From Bacteroidia bacterium (GTDB lineage Bacteria; Bacteroidota; Bacteroidia; SpSt-205): DNA of 64,000 bases. Where the stretch lies: the NCBI GenBank assembly GCA_039630245.1, contig JBCNVK010000001.1:333598-397597 (forward strand), in the 5' to 3' direction. Positions 37,371-46,243 of the stretch are shown here, one piece after another. The translations under genes were made by a program, and so were the position numbers. Every line of letters begins with the position of its first letter. Position 1 is the stretch's first letter. The notes below the pieces were generated by a model, which was not told where the DNA came from, made no database searches, and saw nothing but the letters and a program-made list of their open reading frames with translations.

Positions 37371-38048
37371 ATGACGTGGCTGCAGAAGATTTTGAGCTGG
37401 CTGGGCCTACGAAATGGGAAAACGGCCGAGCGTCAGCAGCTGGAAGAGAAAGTAAGCCGTTTTCCGCAGATTAGCCGATGGGTGGTGGATCCCACACATA
37501 CCACCGTGGGCTTTCGGGTGATGCATATGGGTTTATCGGAGGTACGAGGGCGCTTCCGACGCTACACGGCTGAGGTCAAGGGCTCCTCGCCGGCCTTTAC
37601 TGACCTTCAAATATCCGCCCAGATAGAGGTAGGCAGCATAGAAACAGATCTCCCTGCACGCGATATCCACCTGCGGTCGGCGGATTTCTTTGATGCAGAG
37701 CGGTATCCCTATATAACCTTCCGTAGTACAGCCGTACGTTGGCGCCCACTTCGCCGGTTTATCTTAGAAGGGGAGCTCACTATCAAGGGCATTACCCGGC
37801 CTATACAGCTGGAAGGGGAACTCAAAGGGCTTGTTTTCTCTGACATTGTGGGGCATCCGCGCGCAAGCTTTGCCCTGCGCGGGGAGCTAGACCGCCGCCA
37901 ATGGGGCCTTACCTGGCATATGGAAACCCAGGATGGGAGCATCGTAGTAGACAATACCGTAGTACTGGAAATAGAAGCCGAAATCACTACCCCAGACGGC
38001 ATGGAGGCCCTGCGGCAAGCGCTGGCCCAGATGGGCCTTCAGATTTAG
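37371..38048 (+). CDS. YceI-family polyisoprenoid-binding protein
   Basis: 225 aa. The YceI core starts at WVVDPTHTTVGFRVMHMGLSEVRGRF, then DFFDAERYPYITF. No obvious signal peptide. Confidence 0.75.
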   Translation: MTWLQKILSWLGLRNGKTAERQQLEEKVSRFPQISRWVVDPTHTTVGFRVMHMGLSEVRGRFRRYTAEVKGSSPAFTDLQISAQIEVGSIETDLPARDIHLRSADFFDAERYPYITFRSTAVRWRPLRRFILEGELTIKGITRPIQLEGELKGLVFSDIVGHPRASFALRGELDRRQWGLTWHMETQDGSIVVDNTVVLEIEAEITTPDGMEALRQALAQMGLQI

Positions 38049-38054
38049 GCCAGT

Positions 38055-39635
38055 ATGGCGCTTTTTGGGTTAGGGGCTGCGCTAAAGGCGCCCTTTCCGG
38101 GCGTGCGCTACGACCCGGCGACGGGCAAAATTCTAAGCCGAAATGAAGCGTGGGATGCCCTACCACCTGAGCTACAGGCACAGGCCCTTAGCCTGCCTTC
38201 TTGGGATTTCCTCCGTGAGAATGGTCGCATCTGGGTCAAGCACCTCCTACCCGCTGAGAACGGCCTAGAAACCTTTTTCCTCCTGCCAGCCGAGGGCTAT
38301 TACGAAGCCCTTCAGCGGCTAGAGAAGGTAGAGGCTGAGGCGCGCTTTCTGCGGGAGCAGCTGCACGCCTTCGTACAGAATGTGCCCCTTCCCCTTTTCG
38401 TGGTGGAGGAGAAGTTATTAGAAGGAGGGGATGGCCGCATTACCTTTGCTAATAAGCTCCTTTTGGACCTTTTGGGGCTACCTTTAGCTCGTCTTTATCA
38501 AGGGCTACGCTTAGAGGATATTTTAGGCCCTGCAGAACCTATGGGACGAGCCCTCCTAAGCCGAGCGGCTACAGCCCGCCAACCTGTACAAGATACCCTT
38601 ATCCGTCCTACAGAAAGCGGCGAGCGCTACTGGATCCTGCGCGCCTTTCCCTTTCAGAGCGGCAGCCTCACAGGGATCATGGTAGGGATAGTGGACATCA
38701 CGCGCGAAAAGGAGCAGGAGCGGGCCCTAGCCGAGGCCTACCAGGAGCTTCAGGTACAGGCCGAAGAGCTCAAACAGCAACAGGAAGAACTTTTAGCCGT
38801 AAATGAAGCCTTAGAAGCGGCGCGCCGGGAAGCCGAGGCCCGACGCCGAGAGCTGGAAGAGTCGCTCATAGCCGCGCAGCGCTACCAACGTACCCTCCTC
38901 TTACGCACCCGCTTGCTTTACGAGGCGTGGGGCTATGAACGGGTCTCGGTTACGGCGCGCCCCCATACGTATGTAGGCGGCGATTTCCTTATCATCCGCC
39001 GACGAGAGCCCTACCTGTATGTAGGCATAGGGGATGCTACGGGCCATGGGAGTAGCGGCGCCCTCTTGGCGGCTACGGTTCAGGCTCTTATCCACGAAGC
39101 GCTTTTGCTCCTTTCCAGTCCAGCGGAGCTACACCAGGCTCTAGAAGAGGTGCGCCGCGAGCTAGCGGAAATTTTAGAGGTAAATCTAGGCCATCAGATT
39201 TCTACCGATGGGGCGGAGGTAGGCCTAGTGGCGCTTCCGCTCCACCCCAGCCCTGAGAGGCCGCTCTATGTGGCCACAGCCGGCCGTAGCGTATATCTCC
39301 TCACGCCCGAAGGCCATCTTCAAGAAATTATCCAGGGCAAACGGGCCTTAGGCTGGTCTATGAGCGGCTGGGAAGTAGAGCCTTATACCACCCAGGCGCT
39401 CCCCTATCCCGCAGGGGCTACGCTCTTCCTTTTCTCCGATGGGCTTACGGATCAACTCAACTCTCAGGGCAAACGCCTGGGTAAAAAGCTCTTTCTCCAG
39501 TGGCTTGAAGGCGCGCATGCGGTCGGACCCGATCCGCGAGCCAAAACCCGCTTCATCCTCCAACGCTGGAATCAGTGGAAAGGGGAAGATACCCCCCAAA
39601 CGGACGACCTCCTGCTTTTAGCCCTTCAGCTGTAA
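38055..39635 (+). CDS. PAS / coiled-coil / PP2C (SpoIIE-family) serine phosphatase
   Basis: 526 aa. PAS-like region, a coiled coil (EQERALAEAYQELQVQAEELKQQQEELLAVNEALEAARREAE) and the PP2C core GGDFLIIRR...GIGDATGHGSSGALLAA...SDGLTDQ...DDLLLLAL. Confidence 0.75.
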   Translation: MALFGLGAALKAPFPGVRYDPATGKILSRNEAWDALPPELQAQALSLPSWDFLRENGRIWVKHLLPAENGLETFFLLPAEGYYEALQRLEKVEAEARFLREQLHAFVQNVPLPLFVVEEKLLEGGDGRITFANKLLLDLLGLPLARLYQGLRLEDILGPAEPMGRALLSRAATARQPVQDTLIRPTESGERYWILRAFPFQSGSLTGIMVGIVDITREKEQERALAEAYQELQVQAEELKQQQEELLAVNEALEAARREAEARRRELEESLIAAQRYQRTLLLRTRLLYEAWGYERVSVTARPHTYVGGDFLIIRRREPYLYVGIGDATGHGSSGALLAATVQALIHEALLLLSSPAELHQALEEVRRELAEILEVNLGHQISTDGAEVGLVALPLHPSPERPLYVATAGRSVYLLTPEGHLQEIIQGKRALGWSMSGWEVEPYTTQALPYPAGATLFLFSDGLTDQLNSQGKRLGKKLFLQWLEGAHAVGPDPRAKTRFILQRWNQWKGEDTPQTDDLLLLALQL

Positions 39636-39657
39636 GAGAGGAAAGCCGGGAATTTTT

Positions 39658-39665
39658 TACCTTTA
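39658..39665 (+). promoter_or_regulatory. near-consensus -7 box TACCTTTA, 5 nt upstream of the ATG at 39671
   Basis: One mismatch (final G to A) to TAnnTTTG. Confidence 0.3.
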
Positions 39666-39670
39666 AGAAC

Positions 39671-40333
39671 ATGAAAGGTTATCTGTGCGGGCTATTAGCT
39701 CTAATTGGTGTAGTATGGACGCAGGATCGTTCGCCCGTCTGGTTTGGCCTGCGCGGAGGGATAAACTGGGGTCAGTACCGGAATGTGCCGGGGGACGAGC
39801 CACCCTCGCGTTCCTACTGGGGGGCGGGCTTCCATGGGGGTATAGCCGTACAGCAGAGCTTAGGCGGAATTCAGCGCTGGGCCGTCCAAGGCGAGCTTAC
39901 CCTCACCCAGCGGCGCTCCACCGACCGCAACCTCCTCTATGACTATCGCTACACCCTTTGGGGCATAGACCTCACTGTCTTAGGTGTATGGCGATGGTTA
40001 CGAAAATTTGAAGGGTTCTTTCTAGAGTTTGGCCCAAGCTCTACGCTTCTGCTCACGGGACGGTATTGGTATAAAGACAATCTCACGGGCCAAACCCAAA
40101 CACGCCGCGTGGAATTTGGCCGTGGCGAGCGGCGCGACGTGCGGCGCGGGGAAATTGCCCTCAGCGCTGGAGTAGGTGCGGGCTATCCTGTCGGTCCAGG
40201 CTACTTGGTATTTGGCTTGCGATTCTGGCACGGCCTGAATAACTTAGCCGGAGGAGCCTTCAAGAGCTGGCACAGCTATGGGGTAGTTACTACCCTCACC
40301 TACTGGTATGACCCCCAAGCCCGAGACAAATAG
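39671..40333 (+). CDS. outer-membrane beta-barrel (porin-family) protein
   Basis: Start set at MKGYLCGLLALIGVVWTQ (signal peptide). The strand pattern resembles the gene at 6390-7097. C-terminal TTLTYWY. Confidence 0.55.
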   Translation: MKGYLCGLLALIGVVWTQDRSPVWFGLRGGINWGQYRNVPGDEPPSRSYWGAGFHGGIAVQQSLGGIQRWAVQGELTLTQRRSTDRNLLYDYRYTLWGIDLTVLGVWRWLRKFEGFFLEFGPSSTLLLTGRYWYKDNLTGQTQTRRVEFGRGERRDVRRGEIALSAGVGAGYPVGPGYLVFGLRFWHGLNNLAGGAFKSWHSYGVVTTLTYWYDPQARDK

Positions 40334-40670
40334 CACGCCTCCCCTTTCCCTTGACGAGCTGCAGGCACAGGTAGAACGTTGGATTATGGAGATAGGCGGC
40401 GGCTATTACTCCGTGCTCACTAATGGGCTTCTCCTGGTAGAAGAGGTTGGGGAATTGGCTCGCCTACTTGCGCGCCATTATGGCGATCAGTCCTTCAAGG
40501 CCGGGGAGGACTCTTCGCCCCAAGCCCTAGCCGATGAGTTTGCGGATATCCTTTTCGTCTTAGCCTGCCTGGCTAATCAGACTGGCGTAAATCTAACCCA
40601 GGCTTTCTACGATAAGCTGGCACGCAAAAATGTACGCCTTCGCCCCAAGCCAGCGAAGGATTCGTCTTAG
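40308..40670 (+). CDS. MazG-like nucleotide pyrophosphohydrolase
   Basis: 120 aa. EEVGELARLL and LADEFADILFVLACLAN motifs (EExxE/D metal-binding helices). Confidence 0.7.
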   Translation: MTPKPETNSTPPLSLDELQAQVERWIMEIGGGYYSVLTNGLLLVEEVGELARLLARHYGDQSFKAGEDSSPQALADEFADILFVLACLANQTGVNLTQAFYDKLARKNVRLRPKPAKDSS

Positions 40671-41365
40671 GGGCTGCGCCGCTGTCGGCTGTAGGCCAAT
40701 ACTGCACTTAGAGCTAAATACCCCAGTAGAAGCGCAACAAGGGCGATAGAAAGCGAAAGAAAGCCTAAAATTACCCCGCCAGCACTGGCCCAAAGAAGTA
40801 GCGGTAGGAGGTTCTGGCGAGTCTTTAGCGAAAGGCAGGGCCAGCGGCTAATCATACTGAGGCTAATTCCTAGCACCAGGCTATTCCATACAAGGGGGTG
40901 GAGCCAGAGGCCGCTCGGCTGGCCAAGGAGCCAGGTCGCCCAAAACAGCCCCTGCGCCGGGGCAGGCAGGCCTTCAAAGAAAGCGGTACTTTTAGGCGGG
41001 TAGGCATTGAAACGGGCTAAGCGCCAGGCAGCTGCCAGCGGAAGGAGAAAAGGCACAAGCACCATGGAAAAGCGCGCTTCGGCTGAGTAGGGGAGCACGG
41101 GCAGCCAAGGGCGCAGGTAATTATACAGCGCGAAGGCCGGGGCGACACCGAAGGTAGTGAGGTCGGCTAGGGCGTCCAGCTCTTTCCCTAAGGGCGATTC
41201 GGCTCCCAGCCGGCGCGCTACAAAGCCATCCAGCCAATCCAGCAGCAAGGCCGCTCCGATTAGAAGGGCAAATCCCAACCACTGCCGCTCATAGCTCAGG
41301 GCTATAGCGGCGCTCCCACAGGCTAGATTACCCAGTGTGAGCAGATTGGGGAGTATAAAGCGCAT
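40667..41365 (-). CDS. pssA: CDP-diacylglycerol--serine O-phosphatidyltransferase (CDP-alcohol phosphatidyltransferase family)
   Basis: 232 aa. N-terminal ILPNLLTLGNLACG and the signature DWLDGFVARRLGAESPLGKELDALAD. Confidence 0.8.
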   Translation of the reverse strand: MRFILPNLLTLGNLACGSAAIALSYERQWLGFALLIGAALLLDWLDGFVARRLGAESPLGKELDALADLTTFGVAPAFALYNYLRPWLPVLPYSAEARFSMVLVPFLLPLAAAWRLARFNAYPPKSTAFFEGLPAPAQGLFWATWLLGQPSGLWLHPLVWNSLVLGISLSMISRWPCLSLKTRQNLLPLLLWASAGGVILGFLSLSIALVALLLGYLALSAVLAYSRQRRSP

Positions 41366-41924
41366 GCTGGAGAATGTAGGCTTCTACGGCGGGGGGGACG
41401 AGGTACCTAATGGATTTACCCTGGCGCCGATAGTGGCGTATTTGCGTGGCCGAAAGCTCAATAAGCGGCGCCTGGGCAAAAAAGTAGAGCCGAGGGGCCG
41501 TCGGCAGCGCGCCTTCAGACGTGCCGCGCCGAGGATATACCCAAATCTCCCATTCGGCCAGTATAGCCTCACCCTCTTTCCAAGTAGGGAGAGCGGCGGC
41601 CGCATCCGCCCCTAAAAGAAGTATCCACTGCCAACTCGGCTGGGCTGCCCGCAGGTAGTGTAGCGTGCGAATCGTATAAGAAGGCTGCGGTAAATCTAAT
41701 TCTACCGCCGAAACGTGCAGGGCGGCTTCATCCGCTACCGCCGCACGCGCCATGGCCAAGCGATGCTGGACCGGCGCTAGCTCCTCAGGACGCTTATGGG
41801 GATTATAGGGCGAGACTACCAGCCATAGCTGGTCCAAGTCCGTCTCATTCAGCCAGTAGCGCGCTACAATCAAATGACCCCAGTGGAGCGGATTGAAGGA
41901 ACCAAAGAACAGGCCTACTTTCAT
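41328..41924 (-). CDS. nadD: nicotinate-nucleotide adenylyltransferase
   Basis: 198 aa. GLFFGSFNPLHWGHL (HxGH) and the C-terminal ELSATQIR (ISST-like) motif. 38-nt overlap with the pssA start. Confidence 0.85.
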   Translation of the reverse strand: MKVGLFFGSFNPLHWGHLIVARYWLNETDLDQLWLVVSPYNPHKRPEELAPVQHRLAMARAAVADEAALHVSAVELDLPQPSYTIRTLHYLRAAQPSWQWILLLGADAAAALPTWKEGEAILAEWEIWVYPRRGTSEGALPTAPRLYFFAQAPLIELSATQIRHYRRQGKSIRYLVPPAVEAYILQHALYTPQSAHTG

Positions 41925-42475
41925 GACCCTGAATGTAAGAGGTGGCCTATTCGTTCTATCGCGGCTTCCAGCTCATCGTTGTAAAGCACGAAATCAAACT
42001 GAGGCAGGAAGGCGATTTCTTGTTCGGCACGCGCTAGCCGTTCTTCCAATTCGGTGGGGGAGGCGATACCCCGCTGCACCAGGCGCTGCCGAAGAACTGA
42101 TAAAGAAGGCGGTAGAATAAAGAGGGTATAGGCGCCTTCACCCAGAAAGTGCCGAAGCGCAAGCGTGCCGCGTACGTCCTTGACAAAAAGGGGGATTTTT
42201 CCTAGTCCTTTTAGCCGTTCTAGCTCTCGGCGCAGCGTACCGTAGCGATGCCCACCGAAAAGCTCCTCCCACTCAATGAATTCTCCCTGCTGGATATAAG
42301 CTTCAAACGCCTCTGAGGAAAGGAAGTAGTAATCGCGGTCAGGCACTTCGCCCGGCCGAGGCGGACGCGTGGTAGCGGAGATAGAAAAAGCAAACTGCGG
42401 GTAGCGCTCAAGAATCAGGCGGGCTAAAGTAGTTTTCCCTGAACCGCTGGGGCCAGTAAGGAGCAGGGCTTTCAC
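41921..42475 (-). CDS. gmk: guanylate kinase
   Basis: 184 aa with a GTG start. P-loop GPSGSGKTTL, then SATTRPPRPGE, YYF and YGT. Confidence 0.9.
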   Translation of the reverse strand: MKALLLTGPSGSGKTTLARLILERYPQFAFSISATTRPPRPGEVPDRDYYFLSSEAFEAYIQQGEFIEWEELFGGHRYGTLRRELERLKGLGKIPLFVKDVRGTLALRHFLGEGAYTLFILPPSLSVLRQRLVQRGIASPTELEERLARAEQEIAFLPQFDFVLYNDELEAAIERIGHLLHSGS

Positions 42476-42481
42476 GCTCTA

Positions 42482-42489
42482 CAAACTTA
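42482..42489 (-). promoter_or_regulatory. -7 promoter box TAAGTTTG, 6 nt upstream of the gmk GTG (42475)
   Basis: Exact TAnnTTTG on the minus strand, in the 23-nt divergent gap. Confidence 0.45.
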
Positions 42490-42494
42490 CTTTG
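42487..42494 (+). promoter_or_regulatory. near-consensus -7 box TTACTTTG, 4 nt upstream of the permease GTG (42499)
   Basis: One mismatch at position 2. It overlaps the gmk box by 3 nt and is part of the inverted repeat CTACAAA-n5-TTTGTAG. Confidence 0.3.
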
Positions 42495-42498
42495 TAGG

Positions 42499-43749
42499 GT
42501 GCAAAGGTCGCGCTTTGGCTGGCTTTCAGCCACCTTCCTAGTGATAGCCAATATGATAGGCACGGGGATTTATACCACCACGGGGTTTATTGTGGCGGAG
42601 CTGCCAGCCGGGTGGGGGGTGATGATTTTGTGGCTTTTGGGGGGTGTGGCGGCGCTTGGGGGGGCTTTAGCCTATGCCGAGCTAGCTCGGCGCCACCCCC
42701 GGTCGGGCGGAGAGTATCACTTCCTAGGGCTACTCTATCACCCTTTTGTAGGCTATCTGGCGGGGCTGGTATCGCTAGTAGCGGGCTTCGGGGCGCCTAT
42801 AGCAGCCTCGGCCTACACCTTCGGCGCCTACTTACCGCTGCCCCTTTCGGAAATGCAGCGCCGGCTGGCCGCTTTGGGCGTAATTGCCGCCCTTACCGCC
42901 GTCCATCTCCTAGGCCTGAGTAGAGGGGCTCGCATCCAGAACGTATTTGTGGTCTTCAAAATAGCCCTGCTTCTGGCTCTCATTGGTGGTAGCCTCAGTC
43001 AGGGGAAAAGCACCGAACCCTTCAGTTGGCCGGCGCTTTCAGCCCCTACCTTAGAAAAGGCGGCCGTATCCTTGATTTTTATCAGCTTCGCCTACTCAGG
43101 CTGGAATGCCGCGGCTTACATTATGAGTGAAGTGCCAGAAGCTGCGCGCATAGTGCCACGGGCTATCATTAGTGGCACGCTTGTGGTAATGGCGCTCTAT
43201 GTGGCTTTTAATTGGGCTTTACTGAGCCGTGTGCCTCTTAGCGAACTAGCTGGCCAAGCGGCTGTGGGTCGCCTCTTAGCCCTTAGGATTTGGGGGCCAG
43301 CGGGAGAGCAAATTTTTGGCTGGGGCATAAGCTTAGCGATGCTCTCCTCAGTTAGCGCTATGCTCATGATAGCGCCGCGCGTGGTCAGCGTAATGGGGGA
43401 AGATTATCCCCGCTTGCGCTACTTAGCGCGCCGCAACCGCTTCGGGGCTCCTCTGCCTGCCCTGCTCCTAGTGGGGGCATTAGCGGTTTTTTTTCTCTTC
43501 TCGGCTACTTTTGACATGATACTGAACTACATTGGCTTTACACTCTCGCTCTCTGCGGGCTTGACGGTAGCTGGTCTTTTTTGGCGCTACCGGCGCGAGA
43601 AGCAGCTTCCTTGGGGTTTAGGCCTGACTTTCCTTGTCCTTACGGCCTGGATCGTGGGAAATAACTTTTGGAGTCGGCCCCTAGAGAGTTTGGCGGGTCT
43701 TCTAACCGTAGGAGCCGTAGGAACTACCTATCTTTGGCTTCGCCGATGA
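42499..43749 (+). CDS. amino acid permease (APC superfamily)
   Basis: 416 aa with about 12 TM segments. N-terminal IANMIGTGIYTTTGF is typical of APC transporters. Confidence 0.8.
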   Translation: MQRSRFGWLSATFLVIANMIGTGIYTTTGFIVAELPAGWGVMILWLLGGVAALGGALAYAELARRHPRSGGEYHFLGLLYHPFVGYLAGLVSLVAGFGAPIAASAYTFGAYLPLPLSEMQRRLAALGVIAALTAVHLLGLSRGARIQNVFVVFKIALLLALIGGSLSQGKSTEPFSWPALSAPTLEKAAVSLIFISFAYSGWNAAAYIMSEVPEAARIVPRAIISGTLVVMALYVAFNWALLSRVPLSELAGQAAVGRLLALRIWGPAGEQIFGWGISLAMLSSVSAMLMIAPRVVSVMGEDYPRLRYLARRNRFGAPLPALLLVGALAVFFLFSATFDMILNYIGFTLSLSAGLTVAGLFWRYRREKQLPWGLGLTFLVLTAWIVGNNFWSRPLESLAGLLTVGAVGTTYLWLRR

Positions 43750-45116
43750 AAGCTAGGATAGGCGTTATAGGGCTATGGCTTCTTTGGGGCTGCCAGCCCC
43801 CTCCCCCCACACCGGCGAAAAGCTCCGCAGACACCCTCGTTGTTACTACCAAGGCCCCTTTGCCCCCTGTACGACCTCAACCCGATACTTTTTGGACGGA
43901 TCTGGCTCGCCTTCTGGGGGGGTTGCCGCCCCAGGACTCGACTAGGTGGGCGGCGGTTCTCCGAGATACCACCTGGCAGCTCTATGCCCGGCGCCTTCAG
44001 TATTTATGGGAACAGCGGCAGAAGTCCCTCTATGACTCCCTTATCGTTTGGGCGGCGCGCGAGCTGGAACCCTACCACACCTGGAAAGGACTGGTATTCT
44101 ATCCCTTCAGTGGGGCTGATTGGCCCACAGTGTATGCTGTCTACCCCCACGGAAGCACCTATATCCTATTCGGCTTAGAACAGGAGGGTGATCCGCACTA
44201 TTTGCGTACCCTCTCGCCTCAGGAGATTCCGCCACATCTTCAGGGGCCTTATGGCGCCTTAGCCGATCTCCTCCGCCTCACCTTCTTCAAAACTAAAGAC
44301 ATGCAAACCCAACTAGCCCATGGTAAGCTGCGCGGCCTACTGCCAGTGTTCTTAGCCCTTTTTGCGCGAACGGGGCATGCGATTTATAAAGTAGAGCATA
44401 TCATCCTGCAAGAAGGTGGGCGAATAGATACGCTCTCTGCCTCCCAAAAAAAGCCCCCTCAATCCTGTTGGGACAATCCTATTACGGGGCTTCGGTTTCG
44501 GGTAGGCCGTTCGCCAGAGGCACTGCAGGAAGTGATTTACCTCAGCCTCAATGCAGCCGATGCAGGCCTCAAGACTCAAACCGGCAGTTATGCCTTTCTG
44601 AGTCGCTTGGCCCCCTGCGTAACCCTTATCAAGTCGGCCTCGTACCTGCTTTTTAGCCCGGAATTTAGCGAGATGCGTCGGCTTATCCTTACGCAGAGCG
44701 TAGGCATCCTTCAGGAGGATACGGGCATACCGTACCGTTTCTTTGATACTACGGCTTGGCGGATAGCCCTGTATGGGAGCTACACCCAGCCTATACCTCT
44801 CTTCCGTTCAAAGTACCAGCAGGATTTGTGGGAGGCTTATCGTCGCTTGCCCGTGAAGCCGCTACCCTTTGGGATAGGATACCATATTTATCCTGCACAG
44901 AGTAACCTTTTGTGGGCGGTACGGCGTGATCCTACGGCGGTGCTCCCCCCTTTGCCTGAAGATGTACCCCCACCTTCTAAGCCTATGCCTACTCGGCCAG
45001 TCCCCTCTCTCCTTTCACCTGATACTACGCCGCGCCTGCCTGCCCCAACCCCTTTGCCCGATAGCCTCTTGCGCGACTCGGCCGCTACCGCAGTTCCTTC
45101 CAGCGGTTCCGAATAA
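43746..45116 (+). CDS. hypothetical lipoprotein with a proline-rich C-terminus
   Basis: Start set at MKARIGVIGLWLLWGC (lipobox), in an ATGA overlap with the permease stop. I recognise no family. Confidence 0.45.
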   Translation: MKARIGVIGLWLLWGCQPPPPTPAKSSADTLVVTTKAPLPPVRPQPDTFWTDLARLLGGLPPQDSTRWAAVLRDTTWQLYARRLQYLWEQRQKSLYDSLIVWAARELEPYHTWKGLVFYPFSGADWPTVYAVYPHGSTYILFGLEQEGDPHYLRTLSPQEIPPHLQGPYGALADLLRLTFFKTKDMQTQLAHGKLRGLLPVFLALFARTGHAIYKVEHIILQEGGRIDTLSASQKKPPQSCWDNPITGLRFRVGRSPEALQEVIYLSLNAADAGLKTQTGSYAFLSRLAPCVTLIKSASYLLFSPEFSEMRRLILTQSVGILQEDTGIPYRFFDTTAWRIALYGSYTQPIPLFRSKYQQDLWEAYRRLPVKPLPFGIGYHIYPAQSNLLWAVRRDPTAVLPPLPEDVPPPSKPMPTRPVPSLLSPDTTPRLPAPTPLPDSLLRDSAATAVPSSGSE

Positions 45117-46188
45117 AGTCCTGAAATATAAAAATCCCTATCTTCTGGGGGTGCACATAGTAGGCGCGCCCTTTGTTGATTTCGGTAAAACGCTGCACAA
45201 ACTGCTGAAGGTAGCTGTCCTTGGCTATCATGAAAGTAGTTATAGGAATCCGATGGCGGCGGGCTTTCTCCGCCATCTCTAAGGTCTTATTTACGATTTT
45301 AGGGTCTAAACCGAAGCTATTGCGGTAAAAGCGATTGCCTTCGCGTATGCAGGTAGGTTTGCCGTCGGTGATAAGGAAGATCTGCTTATTTTCCACTTTA
45401 GTGCGCAGAAGCACGGTGATGGCCAGCTCAATTGCCTCGCGCGTATTGGTGTGATAAGGGCCTGCTTGTAGGAAGGGGAGCTTGTCCAGCTCCACCCGCC
45501 AGGCATAATCTCCAAAAGCCCCTATAAAGAGAAGGTCGCGCGGGTAGCGCCGCCGAATCAGCTCCGCCAGGGCCATCGCCACCTTCTTAGCTGGGGTAAT
45601 CCGATCCTCGCCATAGAGGACCATGGAGTGCGAGGCGTCTATGAGCACAAAGGTGGCCGTTTGGGTCTTCTGCTCAGTCTGGATGATAGAAATATCCTGC
45701 TGATCCAAGCGGAAGTCCTCTATACCATGGTGGAGGTAGGCGTTATTGAGCGTTTCCGTGAGGTGGAGATTCTCCAGCCGGTCGCCAAATTCGTAGGGGC
45801 GTGTCTCAAAGCTGAGGTCATCGCCGGGGCCTGGCTTAGGCAGGGGGTGATCCCCCCGAGCGCCCGAACGAAGCGAAGAAAAAATCTCTTCCAAGCTGCG
45901 CTGACGAATCTCCGCCTGCGCCTTTACGGAAGGAGTAAGGATAGTACCCTGCGCCGAGGGGCTGTCTGTTATATACCCTTTTTCCCGAAGGTCGCGCAGA
46001 AAGTCCCCCATCGTGTAGGAAGAGTCCGTAAGCCCGTGCCGCTTATCAAAGTAAGCCAGCCAGCGCAGCGCCTCATGCACATTACCGCCCGTCTTCATGA
46101 GAAGTTCTAAGAAGACCGAGAGGAGCCGATTGAAGTTCTTAGCCCGGCTGTCGGGCGGCAAGGGCGCATGAAAAAGGAGATGCTGCAT
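45085..46188 (-). CDS. von Willebrand factor type A (VWA) domain protein
   Basis: VWA MIDAS-like segment ATFVLIDASHSMV, later FLITDGKPT. ATG at 46188 preferred; the ORF track used TTG at 46197. No AAA+ partner gene is adjacent. Confidence 0.7.
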   Translation of the reverse strand: MQHLLFHAPLPPDSRAKNFNRLLSVFLELLMKTGGNVHEALRWLAYFDKRHGLTDSSYTMGDFLRDLREKGYITDSPSAQGTILTPSVKAQAEIRQRSLEEIFSSLRSGARGDHPLPKPGPGDDLSFETRPYEFGDRLENLHLTETLNNAYLHHGIEDFRLDQQDISIIQTEQKTQTATFVLIDASHSMVLYGEDRITPAKKVAMALAELIRRRYPRDLLFIGAFGDYAWRVELDKLPFLQAGPYHTNTREAIELAITVLLRTKVENKQIFLITDGKPTCIREGNRFYRNSFGLDPKIVNKTLEMAEKARRHRIPITTFMIAKDSYLQQFVQRFTEINKGRAYYVHPQKIGIFIFQDFIRNRWKELR

Positions 46189-46243
46189 AATAAGCAAAAT
46201 ACGGCTTTTTAGCTAAAAATCCAAGTAGAGAATAGAGCGCGCC

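Noticed and set aside
46206-46219. Perfect AT palindrome TTTTTAGCTAAAAA between sdhB and the VWA gene, considered as a terminator.
   Set aside because: The stem is A/T-only with a 2-nt centre and would be very unstable as RNA, and no GC clamp is present. It may be incidental or a protein site, but the evidence is insufficient.
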